Below are positions 19,634 through 29,619 of a DNA stretch of 60,655 bases, piece by piece (positions within the stretch are counted from its first letter, which is position 1; the number at the start of each line of letters is the position of its first letter). The stretch is from an uncultured Thermotogae bacterium (GTDB lineage: Bacteria; Bipolaricaulota; Bipolaricaulia; UBA7950; UBA9294). The DNA lies in contig CAZGXU010000006.1 in NCBI GenBank assembly GCA_964530075.1, positions 1-60,655 of the forward strand. The letters run 5' to 3'. Position numbers and translations under genes: made by a program. The notes beneath the pieces are model-generated. The model saw only the letters and a program-made list of their open reading frames with translations. It was not told the origin of the DNA and did no database searches.

Positions 19634-21082
19634 CTAGGACGTGTTCGTCAGGCTTGAGATTCGTTCTCCCCTGTTGTCGAAGATGTCGATCCGTACCGGG
19701 AGTGTCCCGTCGAGCTTGTGCGTCGCACAGGACAAGCACGGATCGTAGGCACGGATCGCCATCTCGACCCTGTTCAACGTCCCTTCGTCGTACACGCCGT
19801 TCTTGATCAACGACTTCGCGGCCTGATTGACCGACATGTTAATCGACGCGTTGTTGTGCGTCGTGCCGACGATCAGATTGACGTTGGTGACGAGGCCGTC
19901 GTCGTCGGTCTCGTACTCGTGGATCAGCGTTCCTCGCGGCGCTTCGACGCAGCCGACGCCGCGTGCCGCACGGGGCGCCACCGGGACGCGCGTCTCTTTG
20001 CCGGTGATCGCGGGGTCGTTGAGCAATTCGATCGTGTGTTCGGCGTTGTAGACCAGCTCGATCAATCTTGCGTAGTGGTAGAGAAGCGTCTGCTGCGCCG
20101 GGCGGCCGTACTTGTCGCGGAACTCCTCGAACTCGGCTTGCGCCAACGGCGTGGCCATCCCGTCGGCGACGTTGATCCGGGCGAGGGCGTTCGTGCGATA
20201 GATCCCCCCCGGAGCCTCTGGATCCATACTGAAGTCGCCCCACTTCTTCGCGTACGGGAACTTGAGGTACGTCCACGGCTCGATGTGCTCGGCGATGAAG
20301 TCCTTGTACTGAGGGGGAGCGAACTCCTCGTACGTGCCGTCGGGCCTCATCAGCCGGAGCTTCCCGTCGTAGAGGTTCAGCGTCCCGTCGTGGGTCACCG
20401 TACCCAGGAATCCGGTCTCGATGACGCCGAGGGAATCGATCTCCTCGGTGTACTTGGGAAAGATGTCCGTTTTGGCCATCGCAATGGCGAACTTGGCGAA
20501 TTCGAGCACTTCTTCTGCCATCGGCAGCAGCTTCTGCCGTTCCGCCTCGGTCAACGGCTTGCTGTATCCCCCGGGAACGGCGGTGACCGGATGGATCGCC
20601 TTCCCGGACGCAATCCCCAGCATCTGGGTTCCCAAATGCCTCGCCCGTACGACCTTCCGGCCAAGCTCCGAGTTGCTGCCGATGATGCCCATTACGTTGC
20701 GGACCGAGTAGTCCGCATCGGGGCCCATGATCAGATCGGGGCCGGCGAGAAAGAAGAAGTGGAGGATCTTGTCCGAGCAGAACGCGATGCTTTGGCAGAG
20801 GTCGCGAAGCTTCGCCCCCGCAGGCGGAGGAGTGACACCGAAGATGGCGTCGTTCGCCTTCGCCGAGGCCAGATGATGGTGCCAAGGGCACACCCCGCAG
20901 ATGCTGGTGACGATACGCGGCAGCTCTTCGACCGGACGGCCGATGCAGAACTTCTCGAACCCCCGCAACTCGACGACGTTGACCTGCGTGTCGGTGACGT
21001 TGCCGGCGTCGTCGAGTCGGATCGTGACCTTCGCGTGTCCCTCGATCCTCGTCACCGGCGCGATGGTGATGGTCTTGTTCAC
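19634..21082 (-). CDS. mvhA: group 3c [NiFe] hydrogenase large subunit
   Basis: TRIEGH, RGFEKFC, SICGVC, EAPRG, NLIVGT, DPCLSCATH plus extension. Confidence 0.92.
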   Translation of the reverse strand: MNKTITIAPVTRIEGHAKVTIRLDDAGNVTDTQVNVVELRGFEKFCIGRPVEELPRIVTSICGVCPWHHHLASAKANDAIFGVTPPPAGAKLRDLCQSIAFCSDKILHFFFLAGPDLIMGPDADYSVRNVMGIIGSNSELGRKVVRARHLGTQMLGIASGKAIHPVTAVPGGYSKPLTEAERQKLLPMAEEVLEFAKFAIAMAKTDIFPKYTEEIDSLGVIETGFLGTVTHDGTLNLYDGKLRLMRPDGTYEEFAPPQYKDFIAEHIEPWTYLKFPYAKKWGDFSMDPEAPGGIYRTNALARINVADGMATPLAQAEFEEFRDKYGRPAQQTLLYHYARLIELVYNAEHTIELLNDPAITGKETRVPVAPRAARGVGCVEAPRGTLIHEYETDDDGLVTNVNLIVGTTHNNASINMSVNQAAKSLIKNGVYDEGTLNRVEMAIRAYDPCLSCATHKLDGTLPVRIDIFDNRGERISSLTNTS

Positions 21083-21095
21083 GGTTCATCCCTCC

Positions 21096-22049
21096 TTATC
21101 GTCCCGGTCGCTGTGGCAGCGGTCGGAGTCGATTCTGCGCGCCGATGTATCGGTTGAGCAGCGCGCGCCGGTCGACGACTTGCTTCGCGTCCAGCCCGAT
21201 CGACGACAGCGCGCCCATCATGTCGACGAGCGGATTCGCCTTCATGCGGATCGGCCCGAAGCAGCCCCGGCAGGGCATGTATCCCTGGATGCAACGGGGC
21301 ACCGGTGGGCCGCCTTCCTCCCTCGGTTGGGCGCATCCCGAGCGGGTGACCGGTCCGAGGCAGAGGTAACCTTGCTCCATCAGGCAGCGGGTGTTCTCCC
21401 ATGGGCCTTCCTGGTCGAACTGCACGTCCTCGAGCGGGCGCTTGACCTCGCCGCCGCCGGCCTTCTTCTCGCGCTTCAGCGGGCAGTCGTCGCAGACGCT
21501 CCGCTCGGACAGCTCGAACGGCCTGCCCTCGAGTAGCGACGTCAGCGCGTCGGCGATCATGCTCGGGTTCATCGGGCAGCCGGGCAGATACATGTCGACC
21601 GGAACGACCTCGTCCACGGCGTACACCCGATCGAGCAACGGCGGGACGTTTTCCGACGGCGTATCTCCCGCGGTCGTCGTCACCGAACCTCGGTAGACCT
21701 TCTCGTGCAGGTCGTCCAACGGGTACATGTTCGCCAGCGCGGGGATCCCACCGTAGGAAGCGCACGATCCGAGCGCGATCAGCGTGTTGCACCGCTTTCT
21801 CATCTCTTCGGTGACGCGCTTCTCCTTCTCGTTGCGCACGCCGCCGGAGATCATCCCGACGTCCGCTTCGGGGATCGTCAACTCGGCGAGCTCACCGGTC
21901 TGGCCGTAATACTTGTGGTCCATCAGTACGGGCATGTGGACGAATTCGAGGTTAGGAAGGATATCGAGAAGCGGCTCGCCGATATCCAGGATCGAGACTT
22001 CGCATCCGCCACAGATATTCAGCCATTCCTCCGCGACTTTCACTGTCAT
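21096..22049 (-). CDS. mvhG: group 3c [NiFe] hydrogenase small subunit
   Basis: CGGCE, GSCA, PGCP, VCDDC, CLGPVT, PCRGCFG. Confidence 0.92.
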   Translation of the reverse strand: MTVKVAEEWLNICGGCEVSILDIGEPLLDILPNLEFVHMPVLMDHKYYGQTGELAELTIPEADVGMISGGVRNEKEKRVTEEMRKRCNTLIALGSCASYGGIPALANMYPLDDLHEKVYRGSVTTTAGDTPSENVPPLLDRVYAVDEVVPVDMYLPGCPMNPSMIADALTSLLEGRPFELSERSVCDDCPLKREKKAGGGEVKRPLEDVQFDQEGPWENTRCLMEQGYLCLGPVTRSGCAQPREEGGPPVPRCIQGYMPCRGCFGPIRMKANPLVDMMGALSSIGLDAKQVVDRRALLNRYIGAQNRLRPLPQRPGR

Positions 22050-22064
22050 TCGATACCTCCTATC

Positions 22065-22274
22065 TTAGAGCGGGGCGTCGCCCTCGATGACGATCTCCGT
22101 GACCACGCGGCGGGTGTACACCGAAAACGTTCCCTCCGCCTCGACGACCTGCGTCTGGAAGCCGTCTTCCGCGTACGATGCGGCGCGGGTTTCGGCCTCC
22201 TCACGCGTCGCGCAGGTCCCGCCGTCCCACATGTACTTGTCGCCGTCGACCCAGATGACCTCGTCGATCGCCAT
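22065..22274 (-). CDS. hypothetical 69-aa acidic protein between mvhD and mvhG
   Basis: RBS GAGGAG then MAIDEVIWVDGDKYMWDG...; fills the operon gap. Confidence 0.75.
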   Translation of the reverse strand: MAIDEVIWVDGDKYMWDGGTCATREEAETRAASYAEDGFQTQVVEAEGTFSVYTRRVVTEIVIEGDAPL

Positions 22275-22287
22275 CGCTGGCTCCTCC

Positions 22288-22707
22288 TCACATCGCGTAG
22301 GGGCTCGGCCCCAGTTCCTTGATCGTCTCCACCATCTCACGCATGACCTGCGCAAAGCGGGGTCCTTCCGACGCCGAGATCCACTCCAATCGAAACCGCT
22401 CCGGCTCGAGCCCGAAGTCCTCGAGCAACAGAGCGAGCGCCTCGGCGCGGCTCTGGGCTCGGAGGTTTCCTTCCAGATAGTGGCAGTCGCCGGGATGGCA
22501 GCCGCAGATCATCACCCCGTCCGCGCCCTTGGTAAGCGCTTCGATCACCAGGTTCGGATGCACCATCCCGCTGCACATCACGCGGATGATGCGGACGTTG
22601 GCCGGATACTGAAGGCGCGAGGTTCCCGCGAGGTCGGCCCCCGCGTACGAGCACCAGTTGCAGCAAAACGCGATGATCTTCGGCTCGAAGGCATCGGTCT
22701 CGTCCAT
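22288..22707 (-). CDS. mvhD: MvhD 2Fe-2S subunit
   Basis: FCCNWCSYAGAD, MCSG, GCHPGDCHY, WISASEG. Confidence 0.92.
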   Translation of the reverse strand: MDETDAFEPKIIAFCCNWCSYAGADLAGTSRLQYPANVRIIRVMCSGMVHPNLVIEALTKGADGVMICGCHPGDCHYLEGNLRAQSRAEALALLLEDFGLEPERFRLEWISASEGPRFAQVMREMVETIKELGPSPYAM

Positions 22708-22710
22708 CGC

Positions 22711-25700
22711 TCAGCCGACCTCCAATGCGGCATCGACCATCGCCCCCAACTGTCCGGGGCGGAAGTTGCGTACGAAGATCCCCTCCTTGGGACACGTCGC
22801 CATGCAGACGCCGCAGCCCTTGCACAGGGCCGGGTTGTTCTGCACGGTCTTCTTGATCTGATCGCCGCGCACGTATTCGATCAACGTCAGCGCATTGTAC
22901 GGGCACGGCTCGATGCAGTAGGCGCACCCGTCGCAGTTCGCATCGATCACCTCGCTGACGGTCGCCTCCAGCTCGAGTACGTCCTTCGACAGGAGCGTCG
23001 CCGCGCGCGCCGCGGCGCCCATGGCCTGCGCGATGCTCTCCTTGACGCCCTTCGGGGCGTGCGCCAGTCCGCAGAGAAAGACGCCGTCGGTGGCGAAATC
23101 GATCGGCCGGAGCTTCATGTGGGCCTCGAGGAAGAAACCGTCCCCGGTCAGCGGGACTTTGAACCTCTGCGCGATCTCCTCGGCGTCCTCCGGGGGGACG
23201 ATCGCCGGCGCGAGGACCACAGTGTCCGCCTCGAGAAGCACGCGCTGACCGAGGACCGGGTCGTGGACGCGGACGCGGATGCCGGCTTCCGTCGCTTCCG
23301 TCTCGGGCTTCGCCTCCGGCGTGTATCGGATGAACTGCACGCCGACCTCGCGCGCCCTTGTGTACATCTCTTCATAGAGGCCGTACGTCCGGATGTCTCG
23401 ATAGAGGACCGTCACTCGGCCGGACGGATTCTGCTCGACGAATCGAAGCGCGTTCTTCATCGCCTGCGAACAGCAGACGCGGCTGCAGTAGGGCCGTTCT
23501 TCCTCGCGGCTCCCGACGCACTGGATCATCACGATTCGCTTCCCGACGTCCTCGCCGCTTTCGAGCTTGGCCTCGAACTCGCGCTGCGTGATCACTCGAC
23601 GATCCGAGCCGTACAGGTACTCGTTCGGCTCGAATTCCCGGGCGCCGATCGCGACGATCGCCACGCCGTGCTCGACCGCCGTCACGTCGCCGTTCCTGTC
23701 GATCGTCGATGTGAAGTGGCCGACCGATCCCTCGACCGCGACGAGGCGGCTCGAGGTGTGGACGGTCACGTTCGGGTGCGCCGACGTTCGATCGATCAGG
23801 TCGCCGAGCCAGGTCTGCGGCGAGTCGTTGTCGTGCAGCGTCGTGACGTGGCGGAAGTTGCCCCCCAAATCCGCTTCCTTCTCGACGAGGTGGACTCGGA
23901 AGCCCTGGTCGGCGAGGTTCAGCGCGGCGGACATTCCGCTCACGCCGCCGCCGATCACCAGCGCATCCGGGTTGACGGAGATGAAGCGACGCTCGAGCGG
24001 CTCGAGGAGGCTCGCCTTGGCGACGGCCATCCGCACGAGATCGCGGGCCTTCTCGGTCGCCGCCTCCGGCTCGTGCATGTGGACCCAAGAGCATTGGTCG
24101 CGGATGTTCGCCATCTCGAACAGGTACGGGTTCAGCCCCGCCTCGCGCAGCGTGTCGCGGAACAGCGGTTCGTGGGTGCGCGGCGTGCAGGACGCGACCA
24201 CGACCCGGTTGAGGGAGTGCTCGGCGATCTTCTCGCGGATCTTGGCCTGGGTGTCGCTCGAGCAGGTATAGAGGTTCTCCTCGGCGTACGCGACGGCCGG
24301 GAGGTCCCGAGCGTACTCCACTACCGAAGGCACGTCGACGACACCACCGATGTTCCTCCCGCAGTGGCAGACGAAGACGCCGACCCGTGGCTCCTCATCG
24401 CGAACGTCCCGTTCCTCGGGGTATTTCCGCTCGGTGATGAGCACACCGCGGGCACCGGCGAGAAGGCCCATCGCGCTGGCTGCGGCCGCGCTCGCCTCGA
24501 CGACGGTCTCGGGAATGTCCTTCGGTTCGGCGAACGGCCCGCAGACGAAGACACCGTCCCGGGAACTCGCCACCGGTGCGAGCGACGAGGTCGACGCGAA
24601 CCGATGGGGACCGAGTTGGATCCCGAGCCGCTCGGCGAGGGCCTCCGCGTCCTCCGGGGCCTCCAGCCCGGTCGAAAGGACGACGAGATCGAAGTCCTCG
24701 GCCGCGAATACGCCGTCCTCCCCTTCGTACTGGATCCGGTACCGCCCGTCCGCATCGGCGGGCTCGACCGCGCTCGGGCGGCAGCGCACGTACTCGACCC
24801 CGAGCTCGAGCGCCCGCTCGTAGTAGGCGTCGAACCCCTTGCCGAACGCGCGCATGTCCATGTAGAAGACCGTGCATTCGAGATCGTCGTCGGCGTGCTC
24901 CTTGGCGATGATCGCCTCCTTGGTCGCGTACATGCAGCAGACCGACGAGCAGTAGTCGTGCTCGTCGTCGCGCGAGCCGACGCACTGGATGAACGCGATC
25001 CGCTCAGGGGGCTTCCCGTCGGATGGCCTCAAGACGTGCCCGCCGGTCGGGCCGGTCGACGAGAGGATCCTCTCGAACTGGATGCCGGTGATGACGTCTT
25101 CGAAACGGGCCGATCCAAGCTCTGGGCGTTCGTCGGGATCGTACGGTTTGAACCCAGGAGCAACGACGACGGCCCCCACGTTGAGCTCGACGATCTCCTC
25201 GGCTTGGTCGTGCTCGATCGCGTCGGCACCGCAGGCCTTCTCGCATTCGCGGCATTCCGAACACCGCGTGCAGTGGAGACACCGAAGGGCCTCCGCGACG
25301 GCTTGCTCCTCCGTGTAGCAGAGCTCGACCTCGGAGAAGTCCTTGATCCGATCCTCCACGGAGAGGACGGCGGCAGCGATCCTCCGCGCTCTCTCGTGTC
25401 GTCCCGCGGGAATCGGGGCCAGATCCTCCGGGCACCGAGTTATCGCCGCGGCCTCATCGCCTCGCAGATCCTCGCCGTTCAGGAAGCGATCGATCGACGT
25501 CGCCGCACGATGACCGGCGACGATCGCCTTGACAGCGACGTCCGGTCCCGAAACGACGTCCCCGCCGGCGAAGATCCGCTTGATGTTCGTCGCGAGCGTG
25601 TCGGGATCGACCCGGAGGAGCCCGGCCCGGGTCTCGAGCAATCCGTCGGCCGCCGACAGGAGGTCCCAATCGACCGCCTGCCCGATCGCGACCACGACGG

Positions 25701-27696
25701 AGTCCGCGGCCATGATCCGCTCCGAGCCGGGTCTGACCACCGGGCTGAACCTTCCCGCATCGTCGAAGACGGATAAGCATTCCCGGAACTCGACGCCCGT
25801 CGCGCGTCCGTTCTCGCCGACGATTCGCTTCGGGGAAAGGCGGTGGTGGATCGACAGCCCTTCCTCCTCGGCCGCTCGGATCTCGCCAGGATTCGCCGGC
25901 ATCTCCACCGCCGACTCCAGGCAGGCGAGGTGCACGTCCTTGGCGCCGAGGCGGATGACCGTCCGGGCGACGTCGATCGCCACGTCACCGCCTCCGATGA
26001 CGATGACCTTCTCACCGACGTCGACCGGCTCCCCGGCGCTGACAGCGCTCAGCAGGTCGGTGAAACCCCGGACGCCCTTGAGGTCCGTCCCCGCGACCGG
26101 GATGAGCACCGTCTCCATCACCTGAACGGCCTTGAGCCCATCGAGGACGCCGTTGTCCACGTCCTGCCCGATGGCGGGGATGACGATCTCGGCCTCCAGG
26201 AAGAACTTCGAATCCTCCACCGGGCATGGGCGTCGTCGCCCTGACGCATCCGGTCTGCCCAGCTCCATCCGGACACACTCCAGCGCCCCGACGCGTCCCC
26301 CGACGCCGAGGATTCGCGTGGGCGCCGCGAGGAAGCGAAATTCGATCCCCTCTTCCTCGCAGGCGCGGATCTCATCCGCTCGAGCGGGCATCTCCTCGCG
26401 CGATCGACGGTAGAGAATCGTGACCCGCCTCGCGCCGAGGCGAAGGGACGTGCGAGCCGAGTCGATGGCGGCGTTCCCCCCGCCGACCACGACGACGGCC
26501 TTGTCGGTGATGTCGGTCGGCTGCATCATTTTGACGCGATGCAGGAACGCGGTCCCGTGCATCACTCCGTCCATGTCCTCGCCCTCGATCCCCAGTTCGC
26601 GGCTCTTATGGGTTCCGATGGCGACGAAGATCGCCTCGAAACCCTGATCGAACAGGTCGTTCAGGGTCAGGTCCGGTCCGACCGGCGTCCCGAGCCGGAT
26701 CTCCACCCCGGCCCTGCTGATCGCTTCGATCTCGTAGTCCAGGACATCGACCGGCAATCGGTAGCGGGGAACCCCTACGCGGAGCATCCCCCCGGCCACA
26801 TCGATCGCCTCGAATACCACCGGTGCGTAGCCCATGTTGGCGAGATCCCACGCGCAGGTCAGTCCCGCGGGCCCGCCTCCGACGATGGCAACACTCCGAC
26901 CGGCACCCCGCTGTGGGATCTCGGCTCCTCCCACGATGGACTCGGCGGGAGGAGTCTGAGGGCGACCCTGGCGCACGGCTTCGATCTCGCGGTCGGCCAG
27001 GAAGCGGTGGAGGTTGCGGATGGCGATCGCTTCGTCCAGCTGCCCTCGGTTGCAGGCCACCTGACACGGGTGGTCGCAGATCCGACCGCACGTCGCGGGG
27101 AACGGATTGCGCTGTCGGTACAGCGCGAGAGCCTCATCGAATCTTCGCTGCGCGAGCAGTGCGATGAACCCCTGTACGTTGACCCCTGCGGGGCAAGCGT
27201 CTCGGCAGGGCGGGAAGAGCCGCTTGTCGATGGCAAAGGCATTCGGGAAGGCCTGCGCGTAGGGTCTGTAGATCGCTTTGCGCTCAGCGAGGCCCGAATC
27301 GAACTCGTTGATGACGCTCACGGGGCAGGCTTCCTCGCAATCGCCGCAGCCGGTGCACTTCTCGAGGTCGACGTACCGTGGGTGCTTTCGAATCCTGGCG
27401 GTGAAGCTCCCCGGCCCACCCTCGATCGATTCCAGCTCGCCGAGCGTGATCAGCTCGATGTCTTCATGTCGCCCGACTTCGACGAGCCGCGGGGCCAGCG
27501 TGCACATCGCGCAATCGTTGGTAGGGAAGGTCTTATCGAGCTGGGCCATGGCGCCCCCGATGGCGGGCTGCCGCTCCAAGAGAAACGCCTTGAATCCAGC
27601 GTTGGCAAGATCCAAGGCTGCTTGCATACCGCCGATGCCGGCTCCGACAACGAGCACTGCACCGACTTGGTCGTTCGCTGCTGTTCCGTCGAGCAT
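22711..27696 (-). CDS. hdrL: HdrL-type protein: HdrA with inserted GltD-like NAD(P)-binding module (~1660 aa)
   Basis: HdrA N-terminus (DKTFPTNDC); inserted PPCRDACP/CGRICDHPC/GGGPAG/GGGNAA GltD-like module; then HdrA core and a second HdrA repeat. Start set at MLDGTAAND. Confidence 0.9.
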   Translation of the reverse strand: MLDGTAANDQVGAVLVVGAGIGGMQAALDLANAGFKAFLLERQPAIGGAMAQLDKTFPTNDCAMCTLAPRLVEVGRHEDIELITLGELESIEGGPGSFTARIRKHPRYVDLEKCTGCGDCEEACPVSVINEFDSGLAERKAIYRPYAQAFPNAFAIDKRLFPPCRDACPAGVNVQGFIALLAQRRFDEALALYRQRNPFPATCGRICDHPCQVACNRGQLDEAIAIRNLHRFLADREIEAVRQGRPQTPPAESIVGGAEIPQRGAGRSVAIVGGGPAGLTCAWDLANMGYAPVVFEAIDVAGGMLRVGVPRYRLPVDVLDYEIEAISRAGVEIRLGTPVGPDLTLNDLFDQGFEAIFVAIGTHKSRELGIEGEDMDGVMHGTAFLHRVKMMQPTDITDKAVVVVGGGNAAIDSARTSLRLGARRVTILYRRSREEMPARADEIRACEEEGIEFRFLAAPTRILGVGGRVGALECVRMELGRPDASGRRRPCPVEDSKFFLEAEIVIPAIGQDVDNGVLDGLKAVQVMETVLIPVAGTDLKGVRGFTDLLSAVSAGEPVDVGEKVIVIGGGDVAIDVARTVIRLGAKDVHLACLESAVEMPANPGEIRAAEEEGLSIHHRLSPKRIVGENGRATGVEFRECLSVFDDAGRFSPVVRPGSERIMAADSVVVAIGQAVDWDLLSAADGLLETRAGLLRVDPDTLATNIKRIFAGGDVVSGPDVAVKAIVAGHRAATSIDRFLNGEDLRGDEAAAITRCPEDLAPIPAGRHERARRIAAAVLSVEDRIKDFSEVELCYTEEQAVAEALRCLHCTRCSECRECEKACGADAIEHDQAEEIVELNVGAVVVAPGFKPYDPDERPELGSARFEDVITGIQFERILSSTGPTGGHVLRPSDGKPPERIAFIQCVGSRDDEHDYCSSVCCMYATKEAIIAKEHADDDLECTVFYMDMRAFGKGFDAYYERALELGVEYVRCRPSAVEPADADGRYRIQYEGEDGVFAAEDFDLVVLSTGLEAPEDAEALAERLGIQLGPHRFASTSSLAPVASSRDGVFVCGPFAEPKDIPETVVEASAAAASAMGLLAGARGVLITERKYPEERDVRDEEPRVGVFVCHCGRNIGGVVDVPSVVEYARDLPAVAYAEENLYTCSSDTQAKIREKIAEHSLNRVVVASCTPRTHEPLFRDTLREAGLNPYLFEMANIRDQCSWVHMHEPEAATEKARDLVRMAVAKASLLEPLERRFISVNPDALVIGGGVSGMSAALNLADQGFRVHLVEKEADLGGNFRHVTTLHDNDSPQTWLGDLIDRTSAHPNVTVHTSSRLVAVEGSVGHFTSTIDRNGDVTAVEHGVAIVAIGAREFEPNEYLYGSDRRVITQREFEAKLESGEDVGKRIVMIQCVGSREEERPYCSRVCCSQAMKNALRFVEQNPSGRVTVLYRDIRTYGLYEEMYTRAREVGVQFIRYTPEAKPETEATEAGIRVRVHDPVLGQRVLLEADTVVLAPAIVPPEDAEEIAQRFKVPLTGDGFFLEAHMKLRPIDFATDGVFLCGLAHAPKGVKESIAQAMGAAARAATLLSKDVLELEATVSEVIDANCDGCAYCIEPCPYNALTLIEYVRGDQIKKTVQNNPALCKGCGVCMATCPKEGIFVRNFRPGQLGAMVDAALEVG

Positions 27697-27765
27697 GACC
27701 CTCTTCCCGAGGCGAGCCAAGCCGCCCCTCAGGCGCAGCACCAAGACGTCGGATAGTTCTCCAGG

Positions 27766-27794
27766 ATTCTAGGGGTTCGACCGGTGCTCATCAA
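27766..27794 (-). promoter_or_regulatory. sigma70-type promoter for the hdr-mvh-flx cluster
   Basis: Minus strand TTGATG-N17-TAGAAT. Confidence 0.6.
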
Positions 27795-28054
27795 GAGGGA
27801 ACCCGCGAAGCAGCCTGCTGTCCCGCGATCCCGCGTTCGGCTTCCATCGGTCCGATCGGCGGCATGACGGAGTCCACACGCGACGAACACCCGCTGCATA
27901 CGACCTCTTCATCTGGCACGGGCAGCCTGGACCCCGTACGACAAGGTCGTACCACCAAGACGTTGCGACGGTCCGGGATCGGGCATCACGTCCTCCCGGG
28001 CCGCCGCGTCTGTGCGGGGCGCTCCACCCCTTGCCGGAACGGTCGTGTTCCTCC

Positions 28055-28083
28055 TTGATTCGGCAGGGAAACGCGGTTACAAA
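28055..28083 (+). promoter_or_regulatory. sigma70-type promoter for guaB-purB
   Basis: TTGATT-N17-TACAAA upstream of RBS GAGGAGG. Confidence 0.5.
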
Positions 28084-28112
28084 CGGGTATTGGGAGATCG
28101 CGAGGAGGCCGA

Positions 28113-29609
28113 ATGGCGCGCAACGTGCAGTTCGAACCGTCGCGGACGCTGACCGAGTTCCGGCTCCTTCCTGGCTTGACGACGGAGGAGACAACGATCG
28201 ACCGCGTGTCGCTGAGAACCTCGCTCGTGCGGCGCCCGGACCGCGACGAGGCCGTCATGCTGAAGGTCCCGCTCGTCGCTGCGGCGATGCAGTCGGTCTC
28301 CGGCGTGCGGATGGGGATCGAGCTGGCCAAACTCGGCGGCGTCGCGTTCATCTACTCCTCTCAGCCGATCGACGATCAGGCGGAGGTCATACGCCAGATC
28401 AAGTCGCACAAGGCCGGGTTCGTCGAGCCGAGGACGATCCGTCCGGACGTTCTCCTCCGGGAGGTCGACGCGCTCCGCAAGGAGGCCGGCTTCTCGACGT
28501 TCCCCGTCGTGTCGGAGGACGGTCGGCTTCTCGGGCTGATCACCCGGCGCGACTACGACGTCCGCGCGCACGGCGACCTTCCGGCGAGCGAGCGGATGAT
28601 CCCACGGGAACAGCTCGACGTCGGTGTCGGTCCGACCGACCTCGAGGAGGCGAACGCGATCCTGATCGAGGGCCACCGCTCGGTCCTCCCGGTCGTCGAC
28701 GAGGACGACAGGCTCCTTTCGCTCGTCTTCCGCAAGGACATCGAGGATCATCTCGACAATCCCGATCAGGTCGTCGACGGGCGGAAGCGGCTCGTCGCGG
28801 TCGCTGCGATCAACACCCGTGACTACGCGGAGCGCGTCCCGGCGCTGGTCGAGGCCGGGGTCGACGTCGTCGGGATCGACTCGTCCGACGGCCATTCGCG
28901 CTACCAGCAGGCGGCCATCGAGTCGGTGCGGAGCGAGTACCCGTCGCTCCCGGTGATCGGCGGGAACGTGGTCACCGGGGAGGGGTTCGACTTCCTCGTC
29001 GAAGCCGGCGCCGGCGCGGTGAAGGTCGGGATGGGCGGCGGCTCGATCTGCATCACGCAGGAGCAGAAGGGGACCGGCCGCGGGCTGGCCACGGCGGTGA
29101 TGAAGGTCGCCGGGGCGCGCGATCGGCATCGGGAGAGGACCGGGATGTACATCCCGATCATCGCCGACGGGGGAATCGTCGATTCGAAGGACGTCGTGAT
29201 CGCCCTCGCCCTCGGCGCCGACGCGGTGATGATGGGGCGCTACTTCGCCCGGATGGACGAATCCCCGACCGAGAAGATCCGGATCGGCGGGCGGGTGATG
29301 AAACCCTATTGGGGGGAGGGATCGGCGCGTGCGCGCGCCTGGAGCCCGGCGCGCTACGACCAGGCGGGCTTCCTCGAGGGGGTGGAGGGGTTCGTCGAGT
29401 ACGCCGGAAAGCTGGGGGACAACCTCCCGGAGCTGACCGGCAAGGTCCGCGCGGCGATGGCGTCGTGCGGTTGTGCGACGATCGCCGAGCTGCACGAAAA
29501 GGCCGATCTGGAGCTTGCTTCCGCGCTCTCGATCCGAGAGGGGAAGGTCCACGACATCATCCAGTTCGGCCGGGGCGAAGCCGATTCCCTGTCCAACTGG
29601 AGCGCGTAG
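28113..29609 (+). CDS. guaB: IMP dehydrogenase with CBS pair
   Basis: IDSSDG, GGNVV, KVGMGGGSICIT (catalytic Cys), IADGG, MMG. Confidence 0.95.
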   Translation: MARNVQFEPSRTLTEFRLLPGLTTEETTIDRVSLRTSLVRRPDRDEAVMLKVPLVAAAMQSVSGVRMGIELAKLGGVAFIYSSQPIDDQAEVIRQIKSHKAGFVEPRTIRPDVLLREVDALRKEAGFSTFPVVSEDGRLLGLITRRDYDVRAHGDLPASERMIPREQLDVGVGPTDLEEANAILIEGHRSVLPVVDEDDRLLSLVFRKDIEDHLDNPDQVVDGRKRLVAVAAINTRDYAERVPALVEAGVDVVGIDSSDGHSRYQQAAIESVRSEYPSLPVIGGNVVTGEGFDFLVEAGAGAVKVGMGGGSICITQEQKGTGRGLATAVMKVAGARDRHRERTGMYIPIIADGGIVDSKDVVIALALGADAVMMGRYFARMDESPTEKIRIGGRVMKPYWGEGSARARAWSPARYDQAGFLEGVEGFVEYAGKLGDNLPELTGKVRAAMASCGCATIAELHEKADLELASALSIREGKVHDIIQFGRGEADSLSNWSA

Positions 29610-29619
29610 GAGGCGAGCG

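Noticed and set aside
13929-27696. Selenocysteine recoding in Hdr/Mvh subunits
   Set aside because: The ORFs are continuous, with Cys at the motif positions and no in-frame TGA.
27795-28054. Purine riboswitch or ncRNA upstream of guaB
   Set aside because: No purine aptamer consensus seen, and the predicted promoter is only about 30 bp from the start codon.
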